Assembly (NCBI GenBank): GCA_038087875.1
Contig: CM075990.1
Location: forward strand, 10,850,001-10,914,000
Direction: 5' to 3'
DNA from: Malacoraja senta
Lineage: Eukaryota
Length of the DNA stretch: 64,000 nt
The position numbers and the translations under genes are program-made. The notes beneath the pieces are model-generated. The model saw only the letters and a program-made list of their open reading frames with translations. It was not told where the DNA came from and made no database searches. Below, piece by piece: positions 50,846 to 63,446 of the stretch; within the stretch, counting starts at the first letter, position 1, and each line of letters starts with the position of its first letter.

Positions 50846-53242
50846 TCTATGACACCCACTTCAGTGTCAGATTTCTGCCCATGTTAACTGCAACTTCACA
50901 ACAAATGCATTTTCCTTCAAGCCTGGATGAATGATTAGATCCCAAGGTAAACAGTAAATTCCATAAAATCGATCTTGCATATTTTCTAACTTCTGTAAAT
51001 TACTTTAGTTTCGAGATACATATTCTTTAGACACATTAGAAACATCAAATGTCACCTTTCTTATTTCACAATCCAAAAATCATCCTTTGACAGTCGATGG
51101 ACTGGGATGAAAAAAAACAGCTGCATATGATTATGACTAAATTGTGTTACAGACAACAAAGTAAATAAAATAAGGATATGGTATTAACTATCATAGCCAG
51201 CAACTTGGTTTCAATCAAGATTTTTAAAAAGTCTACAGAGCTCCAATGTTAATTAAAATCTGCATCCCCTCACTTGTCAGTAGATTTCCATTAAAACAGT
51301 TTCTATTGCTTTGCATTTAACACATCTTTTTCCCCCACTACTAAATTGGTTTTGTCTAATTTTTTTAGTTCACTATTTTCACTTGCACAAATCGAAAATA
51401 TTTATGTTGATATTCAATGTATAAATTTCATAAAAGTTAACAGTAAAATAGTAAGATGCAACCAGTAGTCAAAAAATATATATTTTTACATCTAAAGCAA
51501 TATGGTGAATTGCATTCCAGAAACAAGCAATTAAAAAGTGTAGAATTACATACAAGGCCAGGGACCAGAGCAAGCAATTCAGATATTTTCATGGAAAATT
51601 GTGATTTTACTTAGAAACGATGAAAATGAATATAACAAATGGGAAGCAATCCAATAGATGCATTACTGAAAAAAATGTTATGGTATAATCAACCACAGAT
51701 TTAATTTAAACTTGAGTGCTGTAAACAGTTTCAGCCAGTTTCACATGAGAATGTACGTTGCACATCCAGAATACATCTGCCAAATGGTTACCCTTATTTT
51801 ATATGTTTTAACAAAGCACATTAGACATCACAATCAGACTGAAAAGCAAAACTGGCTTGAATTGCACTTAGTATTCAAGAGTATTGTAGACATTTCCACA
51901 TCTTAGTTAAACACAATTTTACTGTAGATATTTTTAACCAGTTTCAAAGACTTTCACTGATTATCTTGACTTTTTTTTTTTTAAATCACAACTTACAAAA
52001 TTGACATGAACAGGGTCAATACCCCTGGCCTTGTTCATCTGTGAAATTTATAATGTTTATTCCTTCTTCATTTACTAACTTTGAATGCTCAACCCCATAG
52101 TTTCTGCATAAATATTTTAGATCAAACTTCCTCTTTATATCAACAATATTTTCATCTTTTAAATTCATTTTGTACATTGATTCATTTCAATTCTAGTTAA
52201 CTAATAACTTCAAGCCACCCATGGTATTCCTATCAATATGGTCAACACATTGGCCACTTTAGGCATGGACCTAGACATTAGATTGAAACTGCCGCCGCTG
52301 ACTCTCACCGCCTCCCCGGACCCAACACTGGGCCAATTTAAGATCCTGATTGGAGATGTATTATCTTGCACTTTATTACTTCGACAATGGAACCCGCAGA
52401 AGTACATTCAAAAGCTTTGTCGGAATTTTGCTGGGATGTACAAAACTCATACTCCAAACAGGGTGGAACTTGAAGATGTCTCCCTACCTCCTGAATAACT
52501 ATAATAGCTCCACAATAATCCCAATTTATTCTTGTTTCTTTGCTATGTGATGGGGTTTTATATTTGCTGATACAGCATTCACTGTGTTTATATGCTAATA
52601 ATATTTAAAACCGTTTGACAAAGCATTAAAAAAAAAGAGTTCTAATTTGGCTTATTCAAAGCGTTAGCAATTCCATAAATGCCAGGCAAAAATCAAAAAT
52701 TGAAAGCTGCTAAATCCAATTGTACCCTTTATATGGTTACTCTTCCCCAACTATTGATGGATCATCAATCCCACAAAGCAATTTTAAATTGCATTGGAAA
52801 GACCAAGATTGCTTGAAAATTAACAATACGTGGCCAAGGATTTACTGACCATTCCATACATGATTAAAATTTCAGAAAACCGATAATTATAAAACACAGT
52901 GAATATAATTCTGCACACAAACTTGCTGACATTTACACTCCATCTGTATAAGGAGTTTGCCACCAGTGTAGATCGCTATTGGCAGTAAACTCAGAATGCT
53001 AATAAAGCAGTAGTACCATCAGAAGTGATGCCCTACATTCAAGGTAGCATTGACGCAACCATCAAGATAAATACAATACTGCATACTAACAGAGGCAAAA
53101 GCAGTCAAGATCCATGTCTACTTGCATTCTACTTGCATTCTAACATTTCCGTTAACAGACTGCAAAGTTGTCCTGAATGAAATTTTAAAGCGTGTGTGTA
53201 ATCCAGATGTCACAATACCCACACTAAAGCTTTCAACACAAG

Positions 53243-53764
53243 TGTGTTCAGTTCTGGCACCATGTTATAGGAAAGATATTGTCAAGCTTGGAAGGGTTCA
53301 GAAAAGATTTACGAGGATGTTGCCAGGACTGGAGTGTGTGAGCTATCGGAAGAGGTTGAGTCGGGTGGGTCCCTATTCCATGGAGCGCAGGAGGATGAGG
53401 GGAGATCTTATAGAGGAATAGATCGGGTAGATGCACAGTGTCTTTTGCCCAGAGTAGGGGAATCGAGGACCAGAGGACATAGGTTCAAGGTGAAGGGGAA
53501 GGGATTTAATAGGAATCAGAGGGGTAACTTTTTCACACAAAAAAAGGGTGGTGGGTATATGGAACAAGCTGCCAGAGGAGGTAGTTGAGGCTGGGACTAT
53601 CCCATTGTTTTAGAAACAGTTAGACAGGTACATGGATAGAATAGGTTTGGAGGGATATGGACCAAGCTCAGGCAAGTGGGACTGGTGTAGCTGGGACATT
53701 GTTGGCTGGTGTGGGTGAGTTGGGCCGAAGGGCCTGTTTCCACACAGTATCACTCTATGACTCT
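53243..53764 (+). mobile_element. CR1 LINE 3' end
   Basis: PCYRKDIVKLGRVQKRFTRMLPGLE..RRRMRGDLIE and RTRGHRFKV, with a ctctatgactct tail. Confidence 0.92.
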
Positions 53765-54066
53765 TAGTTTAATTTAGAGATACAGCACGGAAACAGGCCC
53801 TTCGGCCCACCCGGTCCGCGATCCCCGCACATCAACACGATCCTACACCCACTAGGGACAATTTTTACATTTACCAAGCCAATTAACCTACAAACCTGTA
53901 CGTCTTTGGAGTGTGGGAGGAAACCATAGATCTCTGAGAAAACCCATGCAGGTCACGGGGAGAACGTATAAATTCCGTACAGACAGCACCCGTAGTCGGG
54001 ATCGAACCCGGGTCTCCGGCGCTGTGTTCGCTGTAAGGCAGCAACTCGACCACTGCGCCACCGTGA
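53765..54066 (-). mobile_element. tRNA-derived V-SINE (HE1-like) inserted in the CR1 tail
   Basis: Minus strand shows gtcacggtggcgcagtggtcgag (A box), ggttcgatccc (B box), the V-domain and a CR1-type tail. Homologous to 48352-48636. Confidence 0.9.
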
Positions 54067-55393
54067 CTCTATAAGCTAACCATTTAGGATATGTTTCCAG
54101 TACAAAGGCTCTTAAAAAGAACATTAATAAATTGAATAACAGCTGCATTTTCAATGTCTGAACATCATGTTTTTTTCTACAAGTTAAACGCAAAACATAT
54201 TCGGCTAGAGATATATAGTTCAGAGCAAGATATCTCTTGAGCATGATGAAAAATTAAAGCACAAGTCCTGTAATTTCCCACCCAGCTAGTTAAAAATAAT
54301 ACAAGAGATGCTGCCTGGCATGTAGTGCTTCCCCACAATAAATGATGACCAATATTACTAACTTAGCCCTTTGGATCCAATCACATGCAAAATCATTGCA
54401 AAGATGAGATGGTCTTCATTTTTTTTTCTATTGCAGAGTAAACACTATACAAGAATCTACCAATGATCCCATTACAGAAATGTCCAGTGCTTTATTTATA
54501 CTCTTGGAAGGGACTATGGAAAGAAATAGCTGCTCACCAAGGTTAAAAGACAGAGGAGTGAGGTTTCAAAACAGTGTCAGCGGCAAATCAATTACAAGTG
54601 ATCTGGATTGGTTTTGAGGATAGACATGGGATATAAAATTGTATCATGAGTTTGGATACAGAAACAGCAGAGTTGAAAATAAATCAAAGATTGATAGCTC
54701 ACTAAAATCAAGAGCCATTTGACAATCGCGTACTGAACAGATTGCATTAATTCAACACAAATTTCAAAAATTGATTTTCTGCATAGTTTACACCTGTAAT
54801 ACCCGAGGGGACAGATTTTTTTATATTGTCAAATTCGGTTGAATCAAATGACATTAGCATATTCCCAGAAGGCAGTGGCACAGAGTTTAAGCTTAATTGG
54901 AGGAAATTGAATGCATTTCCAACTATCCAGGAACGTCACCAAGGCAAACTGAACTATTCAGGGAAATGGGTTTAATTAGTTGATTTCACAAGTTCAAGAT
55001 ACCCTGTGACAATTACCGACAATAGAATGTAATCAATGCTGTAAGGTACAAAAACTCAGAAACCATATCTGTGCATGAAATGGTTCCCATAAACCAGGCC
55101 ATTAATAATTAGATAATCTAGCATATCATGATTGAAGGATAAACACTACGCAAGGTACCTACAGAACTCCCCTTATGCAATCAAACCAGAGGACATTTTA
55201 CCATAACTCAAGGAAGCAGGTTTGACATTTCTTTCATCTGAACGACAGCACTATTAATTAAGTGCAACACTTTCAGCGGGACACCATGTCACCTTAACTG
55301 TATCCTTAAACTACAATGGACTTGAGCCATTACTTAACAACTCTAATAAAATTCAAAAATTATTCAATATTCAAGTGAGAGTTAGATATAGCT

Positions 55394-56004
55394 CTGCCTT
55401 TCAAAGAGACCTTTCCTTCCACAACTTCCTGGTCAACTCATCCCTTCCCACCCAACCACATCCTCCCCACGTACATTCCCCTGCAACCGCAGAAGATGCA
55501 ACCCCTGTCCCTATACCTCCTCCCTCGACTCTGTCCAGGGACCCAGACTGTCCTTTCAGGTTAGGCAGAGGTTCACTTGCACCTCCTCCAACCTCATCTA
55601 CTGTATCCGTTGTTCAAAATATGGACTCTTATACCAAGCGTAGACTGGGCAATCGTTTCGCTGAACACCTTCGCTCATCCCGCCTGAACCTACCTGATCT
55701 CCCGGTTGCTAAATACTTTAATTCTCCTTCCCATTCCTACACAAACCTTTCTGTCCTAGGTCTCCTCCATTGTCAGTGAGGCTAAATGCAAATTGGCAGA
55801 ACAGCATCTCATATTTCACTTGGGCAATGAATAAAATATCTTTTATTCATTGTTTTTTATCTGTCTACTTCATCGTCTGTATCTCGTTTACCTAATCCCT
55901 AACCAGTCTGAAGAAGGGTTTCGACCCGAAACGTCACCCATTCCTTCTCTCCAGAGATGCTATGCTGCCTGTCCCGCTGAGTTACTCCAGCTTTTTGTGT
56001 CTAT
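55394..56004 (+). mobile_element. Truncated Penelope GIY-YIG remnant plus terminus, nested in a CR1 tail
   Basis: TKRRLGNRFAEHLRS..PDLPVAKYFNSPSHS..LSVLGL. TSD gttagatatagct (55381-55393) / gttagacagagct (56005-56017). The CR1 tail continues to about 56166. Confidence 0.9.
55908..55935 (+). ncRNA. Minimal hammerhead ribozyme core
   Basis: CTGAAGA-A-GGGT-TTCG-ACCC-GAAA-C-GTC: intact core, with helix II closed by a UUCG loop. Confidence 0.65.
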
Positions 56005-56849
56005 GTTAGACAGAGCTTTTAGGGCTAACGGAATCAAGGGATATGGGGAAAAAAGCAGGAATAGGGTACTGATTCTGGATGTTCAACCATGATCATCTTG
56101 AATGGCAGTGCTGGCTCGAAGGGCCAAATGGCCCACTCCTGCACCTACTTTCTATGTTTCTATGTAAAAAGCTGGAAATTTAAAAATCAAAACAGAAAAT
56201 GTTGGAAACACTCAAGTCAGGCAACATCTTGGGAAAGAGAACCAGTAGATCACTTCAGTTTATTGTCACGTGTACTGAGGTAGTGATGCCGATATGCAGC
56301 CAGAAAAGATTATCCCTCTGAAGCGCAATTTGATTTGATAGAGATTGATGAAATTGAATATTTGCAGGATGTTACATTTCAGCATTAATCAGATGAATGG
56401 AAAGTATCTGCTAGAGCAACAAGATGGTTCAAATAAATGGAACAAAACCAGAATAAAATCATGGCGCATTATTCATTTTCACAGTCACCATTGTAATGGT
56501 TGGTAGTAATCTGCAAAGGGGACATTAATTCAAATAAGTAATTATATTCATATTGATTAACTACTGCACCATTTCATTGGATTGAGCATCAATTACATAA
56601 TACCATTGTGATTTCCTTTTTACGTTTCTATTCGGGAAAATTGCAGAGAATTAGAAACCAATAGGAAGTGATTTAAAAATAAATTTTGAATTAAAGGCCA
56701 TTTTCTAAAGTTTGAAGCTGGTTGCAATTAAGAATTACTACAATTAAATCAGAATGGGCTCAGAAGTTTTGATAAAAATGAAGTTCCATGTGGGGAAAGG
56801 ATTTAATAACCCACGCACAATAAAACGGTACCAACAATGCTATAAATAC

Positions 56850-57500
56850 AAAAAAATGCATGTTGGGCCATATTTGGAGTATCATCTGCAGTTCTGGTCC
56901 CACATTACAGGAAGGATGAGGAAGCTATGGAGAAGGTGCCTGAATCCAAGGGTTAGGAGAATTTGGACAAACTTGGATTGTTTTCTCTGGAGCATAGGAA
57001 ACTGAGGAGCAACCTGGTAGAGGTATATAAAAATATTTGAGGCATAGATTGGGTGGATTGTATCCTTTTTCCCCAGGATGAAAATGTCAAATACTGGAAG
57101 GCATTAGTTCAAGGTGAGATGGGGGAAAAGTTTAAAGGATATTTTAACCACAGAGTAGGAGGTGCTTGGATGCTCTGCTAAGGGAGGTGGTGCTAGCGGA
57201 TAGGATAGCAACATTTAAGACTTGTTTAGACAGGCACATGAACAGGCAGGGAATGGAGGGATGTTTACAAATACACAGGACTAGATGTTAAAAGTCCAAA
57301 GTGCCAAATATCAATTTACTCCCGATGGTGATGAGAGCCTTCTGCACTCACCTATGCTCCTCCAATGTTGAGAAAGACTAGGCAGACACATCATTTTGGA
57401 CCATGTGCAGACAGATGAGAATAGTTTCAATTCGCATCATGATTGGCACAGACATCATGGGCCAAAGGCCCTGTTCCTGTGGTGTACCAGTCCATGTTTA
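56850..57500 (+). mobile_element. Decayed CR1 3' end
   Basis: VGPYLEYHLQFWSH, LRSNLVEVYK and FKTCLDRHMN, with tail gggccaaaggccctgttcctgt. Another CR1 tail lies at about 57790-58000. Confidence 0.8.
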
Positions 57501-59674
57501 ACTGCATTTTTTGGAAGGGAATTTTAAAGTAGTCATTGTATCCTTTTCAACTAAAGAAGGGCCAAACCTTCTCATATCAGTGTTTCACCTTGATGAAATT
57601 ATCCTTGGATCTGAGACTGGCCTGAAAGCACAAGGTTTGAGAAGTACATCGTTTCCAGAAAAGTGCTAATGTTCAACGAGTGGTTCGTGAAATATGCAAG
57701 ACACTTCAGGTGCTTGTTAGAGTAAATGTTGTATGTTTTCCCAATATAAGGAGACGTCAATTTACGAACAAAATGAGAAATGTCAAAAGTTTGCAAATAT
57801 TTAGAACTCCTTGCCCCAGAAGAGGTTGAATGCATAAATATATTTAAGGCTGAGATGGATAGATTTTCAATGTGTATGAGAATCAAGGGTGATAGGCAAA
57901 GGGCAAAAAGTGGACTTGAAATGTGGATTACCCATGAACTTACTGAATGGGAACTCTCAAGGGGCCAAATGGCCTATTCCTGTTCATACTCCATGTGCTT
58001 TTATTGGATGGTTGGGGGCATTAATTTTAAAGGAAACAATATTGCCCACTCTCCAGTGATGCAAATTGCTTAATTTGCTTCCTTCCCCTCGCCTTTTCCC
58101 TTCCCACCACCCCTTCCTTCTACCGACCACCTCCCACCCCCACCCCAATCATTAAAGTAAGCAATTCCCTTTTGCACTTATTCAGTTAACACTGTGAACT
58201 ACATGTGCAGATAACTCAGTGCTGGCCTCTTTGTTTATATGTCCCAGATGTATCAATGAGGGTTACTCTTCGGTCAAGTAAAATTAAGAGCTTCATTCAT
58301 TACAGGATACACACTTTCATATTGGAAAGCTCTCATGTATGTTTATATAACAGCGCTCTGTTATTCACATGACATTATCGGTGTCACAGTAACTGAAGTG
58401 CCTGCAAGAAATTAATATACGCTTTTACATTTGAACTATGTAATACTACACCAAATTCAGCAAACAATAACTATTCATTCCATCTTCAATAAAAGGAACA
58501 CGTTCAGCCATGACATCATTAACCCTGGACAGCAAGCTGAGTTTCACGGCATACACAAGAATGACCCACATTAGGATCAGATACACAACGGATGCAGGTG
58601 CATAAAACATTATTTGAGCACAATCAACAGCTTGTGAGAGAAGTCCTGGATAAATATTTTTGTCTTTAAACTCTTCGTTTCTGTGTTGTTCGTTAAACGC
58701 TGCAAATGGAGGTTGAGAAATATGTATTGAAAATGAGGATTTAAAAATACATCAAAGTTATTTCATGTGGATGAGGAAGCTGGCAAGCTGTGTGGTTTAA
58801 TTCAAAGCTGGCAAGTAGCTTACTCCTGGCTTAACTGATGAGCAATTCTCCAGCACCAATGTGTATTTAATATTATATACAAATCATATTAGTATATATC
58901 TTCCATTCTCAACAGACATAATTTACTTTAAAAAGTAAACTAAGCTAATTAAATCTAACACAAGGAAAACATATCCATCATGAATCATTGCTATTCACAC
59001 AGTAAATGACAGAAACCATCTTTGGAATACAATTTAACCAAAGCGAGTCAAAAATGTGTTTTTGAGGGTTGCCAGCAGAACAGATCAGTTGAAAATGGTC
59101 CAGTGAAAAACATTTTATGAACAGAACACTTTTCAGAAATTGTCATACTCTGCTGTAAACATTGCAAGGAATAAACCCCATGCAGACTGGTCTACGGTTC
59201 ATTTTGCATATACAAGGTCAACCCATCCAACCTGACTGCATCAGAGACATGGAATGCTGAAGTGCACATATTTTCTATTCAACTGGGGAAAAAAGCTTTT
59301 CAAGTTCAATCAGCTATAAATGTTGCTTTGTTTTTATTTTCCAATGAACTTCCTGGAACCCATTATAAAGCTGTCAAGTATGTATATTTAGCAATGGCAA
59401 CACAGTCCTGCCATTGCACCAACAATCATGCCACGTACAACAAACACAAAATTAATCCTGGAGCAGATCTCAGAAAAACATTGTTTTCTTCCCACAACCA
59501 GCCCCCGCTCTCAATATGTATAAGTCACGATTTTAGCAACAAAACATTTTAACATCATCCAGAGCACATCAATCATCCATTCATACCTATCATTATTATC
59601 TTCCATCAAAGTTATATTGCTCAGTCCTTCTGCTCCTAGTTACAATAGCAATGTATTCTGACAACATTGCAACA

Positions 59675-59767
59675 AGTCTGAAGAAGGGTCTCGACCCAAA
59701 ACGTCACTCATTGCTTCTCTCCAGAGATGCTGCCTGTCCCGCTGAGTTACTCCAGCATTTTGTGTCT
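59675..59767 (+). mobile_element. Minimal 93-bp PLE-terminus insert with a 12-bp TSD
   Basis: aacattgcaaca (59663-59674) / aacattgcatca (59768-59779). The insert starts agtCTGAAGAagggtctcgacccAAAAcgtc. Confidence 0.9.
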
Positions 59768-60799
59768 AACATTGCATCATGGACTTTTTAAAGTGACAAT
59801 TTACAATGAGTATTTTGACAATAAAGTCACTGCAAGTAATATAAAACAGGCAAGAACATTACATGTGGCTTTTCTTTAGGCTAAAGTAGGAAGTTATAAT
59901 GAGGAATGAAAACATTTCAGGATGTGCTATAAAAGCCGTTGCATGCATGATTTGACCACGAGATGACTGCTGTGTCCAAGTTCTCTTTCAACTACTCCTC
60001 TCACAAATGCATGGAGACATGCAAAGCCAAGTTCCAAAAGGAACTAAGCACCTTCTAGGGCTCCAACAAAATTCAATTAAACCAGAAGAATTATTTGTGC
60101 TTATTATGATTATGCTTATGTCTGACAAAAGAAATGTATGCTGTGGACAAGCTCAACACAGCTTTGAATCAAATTGAGGACTTTCCCCGTTAGTATGACT
60201 CAAAAACTTATTTATTTGATATTTGGACGCTAGATTGTAGTTTTTATGCTATCTTTCCAACTTTGTTGAGAAAAAGTGATGCAAAGTTGAATGGTGACAA
60301 GGCACTCTGGACAATTTGGGAAAGCATCCTGTGCAAGGACTATAGGTTTCTCCAGACCGAGAGTAAATCAGAGCATTTCTCAGTGCATGTTTTACCTTAC
60401 CTTTAAATTTATATTTGTGTATGGGCAATTTTTACATCTGTACATCCAAACCAAATAAGTACATTTCTGTCCTCCAGTTCAGAGATTTATGGCATTTCAT
60501 TAAAAACCTTTTTAGATTGAGCCAACAAGCATGTTGACTATAATATACGCCACCAAGCCAAAGGCACAGGCTTTGCGAGAAATCAAATTCCTCATATGTT
60601 GCAAAACATATTTGGCTAATAAAGTATGATTATGATTAGTGTGTTTCTAATTTGGACTAAATTAAGTGGAAGTTTTGGTATTTCTCTGTAGGGTATATTG
60701 AGTAAAACAAGAAACTCATGCCTTCACACTCCAGGTTCTCTTAAACATCTTCTCGGACAAGCCATAATACCTGGAAGGAGGATGTCTCTCATTCCTTGA

Positions 60800-61222
60800 A
60801 GTTGCATAAGCATCGTGGACACACAATTGTAGACGCAGCCCAGACCTTCACACAAACCAACCTCCCTTCCATTGACTCCATTTACACTTCATGCTGCCTC
60901 AGCAAGGCCGTCAGCATACGCAAGGAAGAGTCTCATCCCGGTCACTCCCTCTTCTTCCCTCTCCATTCTGAAACTCATAACTCCAGATTCAGGGAGTTTC
61001 TCTGCAGCTGTTATCAGGCAACACAACCTTCCTATCAACAACTGGAGAGCAGTCTTGAGCTACTATGTACCTCATTGGAGACCCTCAGACTATCTTTAAT
61101 TGGACTTTATCTTGTATTAAACGTTATTCCCTTTATCAGGCATAGTCTTTCCACTGACTGGGTGCCATACAACAAAAGCTTTTCACTGTACCTTGATACA
61201 CACATATCAATAAACTAAACTA
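60800..61222 (+). mobile_element. Rex1/Babar LINE 3' remnant
   Basis: IVDAAQTFTQTNLPSIDSIYTSCCLSKAVSIRKEESHPGHSLFFPL, with tail caataaactaaacta. Confidence 0.85.
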
Positions 61223-61266
61223 GTGCATGTAAAATAGACAATAAACTAAACTAGTGCATGTAAAAT
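61208..61266. repeat. 28-bp tandem duplication
   Basis: caataaactaaactagtgcatgtaaaat at 61208-61235 and 61239-61266. Confidence 0.9.
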
Positions 61267-62538
61267 TATTACTGCCTTAATCACAACAATTATCAACTTG
61301 TTCCGAACTGCACTCTTTCCGCTGGCAAATGTTCTGACATACCTGTCAGCATGAGTGAAGGGTTTCTTTTTGTTTGTAAGCATCATGATCAAAGCACACT
61401 TCCATAATTACATGGCATTGGCTTCAAATTCTCTATGCATGATGTAGACCTTGTATATTTACACGATACCCTAGTTATCGGAATACCTGTGACAATGCCA
61501 AATATTCCACTCATACAGAAAGGTTTCACAAAGATTGTGCATCAACTTATCGCAACAAAACCAACAGCTTCAGATTCAGTAATTTCTAGATATTCAAGTC
61601 CAGTCATTATAGATGTTGTATATTTGCATGACAATTAGTACCACATTAGCCCTGCTGCTTTAAAAAAAATATCCCAAATCATTTATATTGAAGGCTCAAT
61701 AATATTAAAATCGTTTTAACAAATCTGGAACTATGGAGAATACTTTTTCAAAAAAATCTCTGTAGATGCCCAGTATTGTTTAAATTTTGAAATGTTCACG
61801 TACAAAGAATAGCTTCAAGGGGTCATGATATGGTGCATAATCAAGTAACACAAATAATTTATTGGACATAATAGGTCAAATGTATTTATTGTTTTGAATG
61901 ACACAGCGATTAAATATAGCAACATATTCCAGAAATAGTCTGCAGGGAATGCAGCCTCAATAAAAGTTCTGGCCAACAATGCAAGTGATAGTGTGAGTGG
62001 TGAAAGATAACCTGTCAGGTGCTGTTCTAAGAAAACATTCTCTGAACAACACCAATATTGGGAAAAACATGGTCAAGATCTGAGAACTTTTGTGTCAATG
62101 GCATGTGTTATCATATGTGTAGAAGCTACACTAAAGAAAACAAATTAAGTTGTAGTAAAAAATATTCCGCTACAATAAAGAATCAACAATTAAGAGTCGA
62201 GTCTTTGCAAAGGGACCAGAACAACAAAATTCTTACATGCTGCAGCTTTATAGGAACATTAAATGCAACACAACAAATAAAGAGACAATAAATTATCAGT
62301 TTTACTAAGTAAACCATACCATAATAGTGCAAGTGGACGTTTGTGTTAAAATGTATTCTGTGTGTTCCGTTGCTTTTTATTTGTATGACTGACTTGGCAA
62401 ATGAAATTCCTCATATGTTGCAAAACATACTTGGCTAATAAAGTATTGTATTGCATTGTAATGTATTGTACATAGTTCAACAAGTCCATTGGAGTTCGGT
62501 GCTATGGTAGGGTTGTGGAGGGTAGTTCAAGAGCCTTA

Positions 62539-63238
62539 AGGCCTTGTCCCACTTACATGATCTTGGCACGCAAATTACGCGACCTCGTCGTCGCGTTGAG
62601 GCACACGGGCATCGTGTGGCTGCACGGGCTGGGCCGGTCCCACTGAGAAGCACGGAGGGGTATGGAGTTGTGCGCGGTATCGCGTGGGGCTCCAGGATTT
62701 TGTACTGAACAAAATCTTCGCGCGCCACCGGCCTGTCGCGTAACTGACGGCCAAAGTGGGACAGGCCCAAGATCCTGGCGCGACGCAACGTCTCACCTCC
62801 AACAGCAGCAGAATCAGGCAAACGATCGCCGAACTCGGCCTGGGGCTCACAGCCATTGCGGATCCGGATCCGCCCCCACTCCTACTCCCAGAGCGGGGGC
62901 CAAGAAAATTGAAGATAGACACAAAAATGCAGAAGTAACTCAGTGGGACCAGCAGCATCTCTGGAGAGAAGGAATGGATGACGTTTCGGGTCAAGACCCT
63001 TCTTTCAGACTGAAGAAGAGTCTCGACCCCAAACATCACCCATTGCTTCTCTCCAGAGATGCTGCCGGTCCCGCTGAGTTACTCCTGCATTTTGTGTCCA
63101 TCTTCAAATGACGTCACGCGCTCCAGACGGCTGTGCGGACGCATGATGACGCGCGAGACTCTCGCGGGATCGTCGAGCCTTAACGCGTCGACGAGGTCAC
63201 GTAATTAGCGTGCCAAAGACACGTAAGTGGGACGGGCT
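62539..63238. mobile_element. Complete 700-bp non-autonomous PIF/Harbinger-like MITE with an internal PLE-derived palindrome
   Basis: Imperfect TIRs of about 65 bp (aggccttgtcccacttacatgatcttggcacgcaaattacgcgacctcgtcg.. / ..cgacgaggtcacgtaattagcgtgccaaagacacgtaagtgggacgggct). TTA TSD at 62536-62538 and 63239-63241. Hairpin of about 200 bp at 62909-63107. Confidence 0.85.
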
Positions 63239-63446
63239 TTATGGTTATTTACAATACCATACATTAATTAAAAATTGGAAACCTGCAAACTGAAAGTATT
63301 AGTTTTCTTTTCGTGACAATCGATCTGTTCTTTCACTCATAATTTGTAGAAGCAAGAAAAGTTTAATATGGGGCACGGAATGTACAAATTGATTGATAAA
63401 GCCACAAAGCAAAAATTAAAAAAGCCACACAGTACACAGCACAAAG

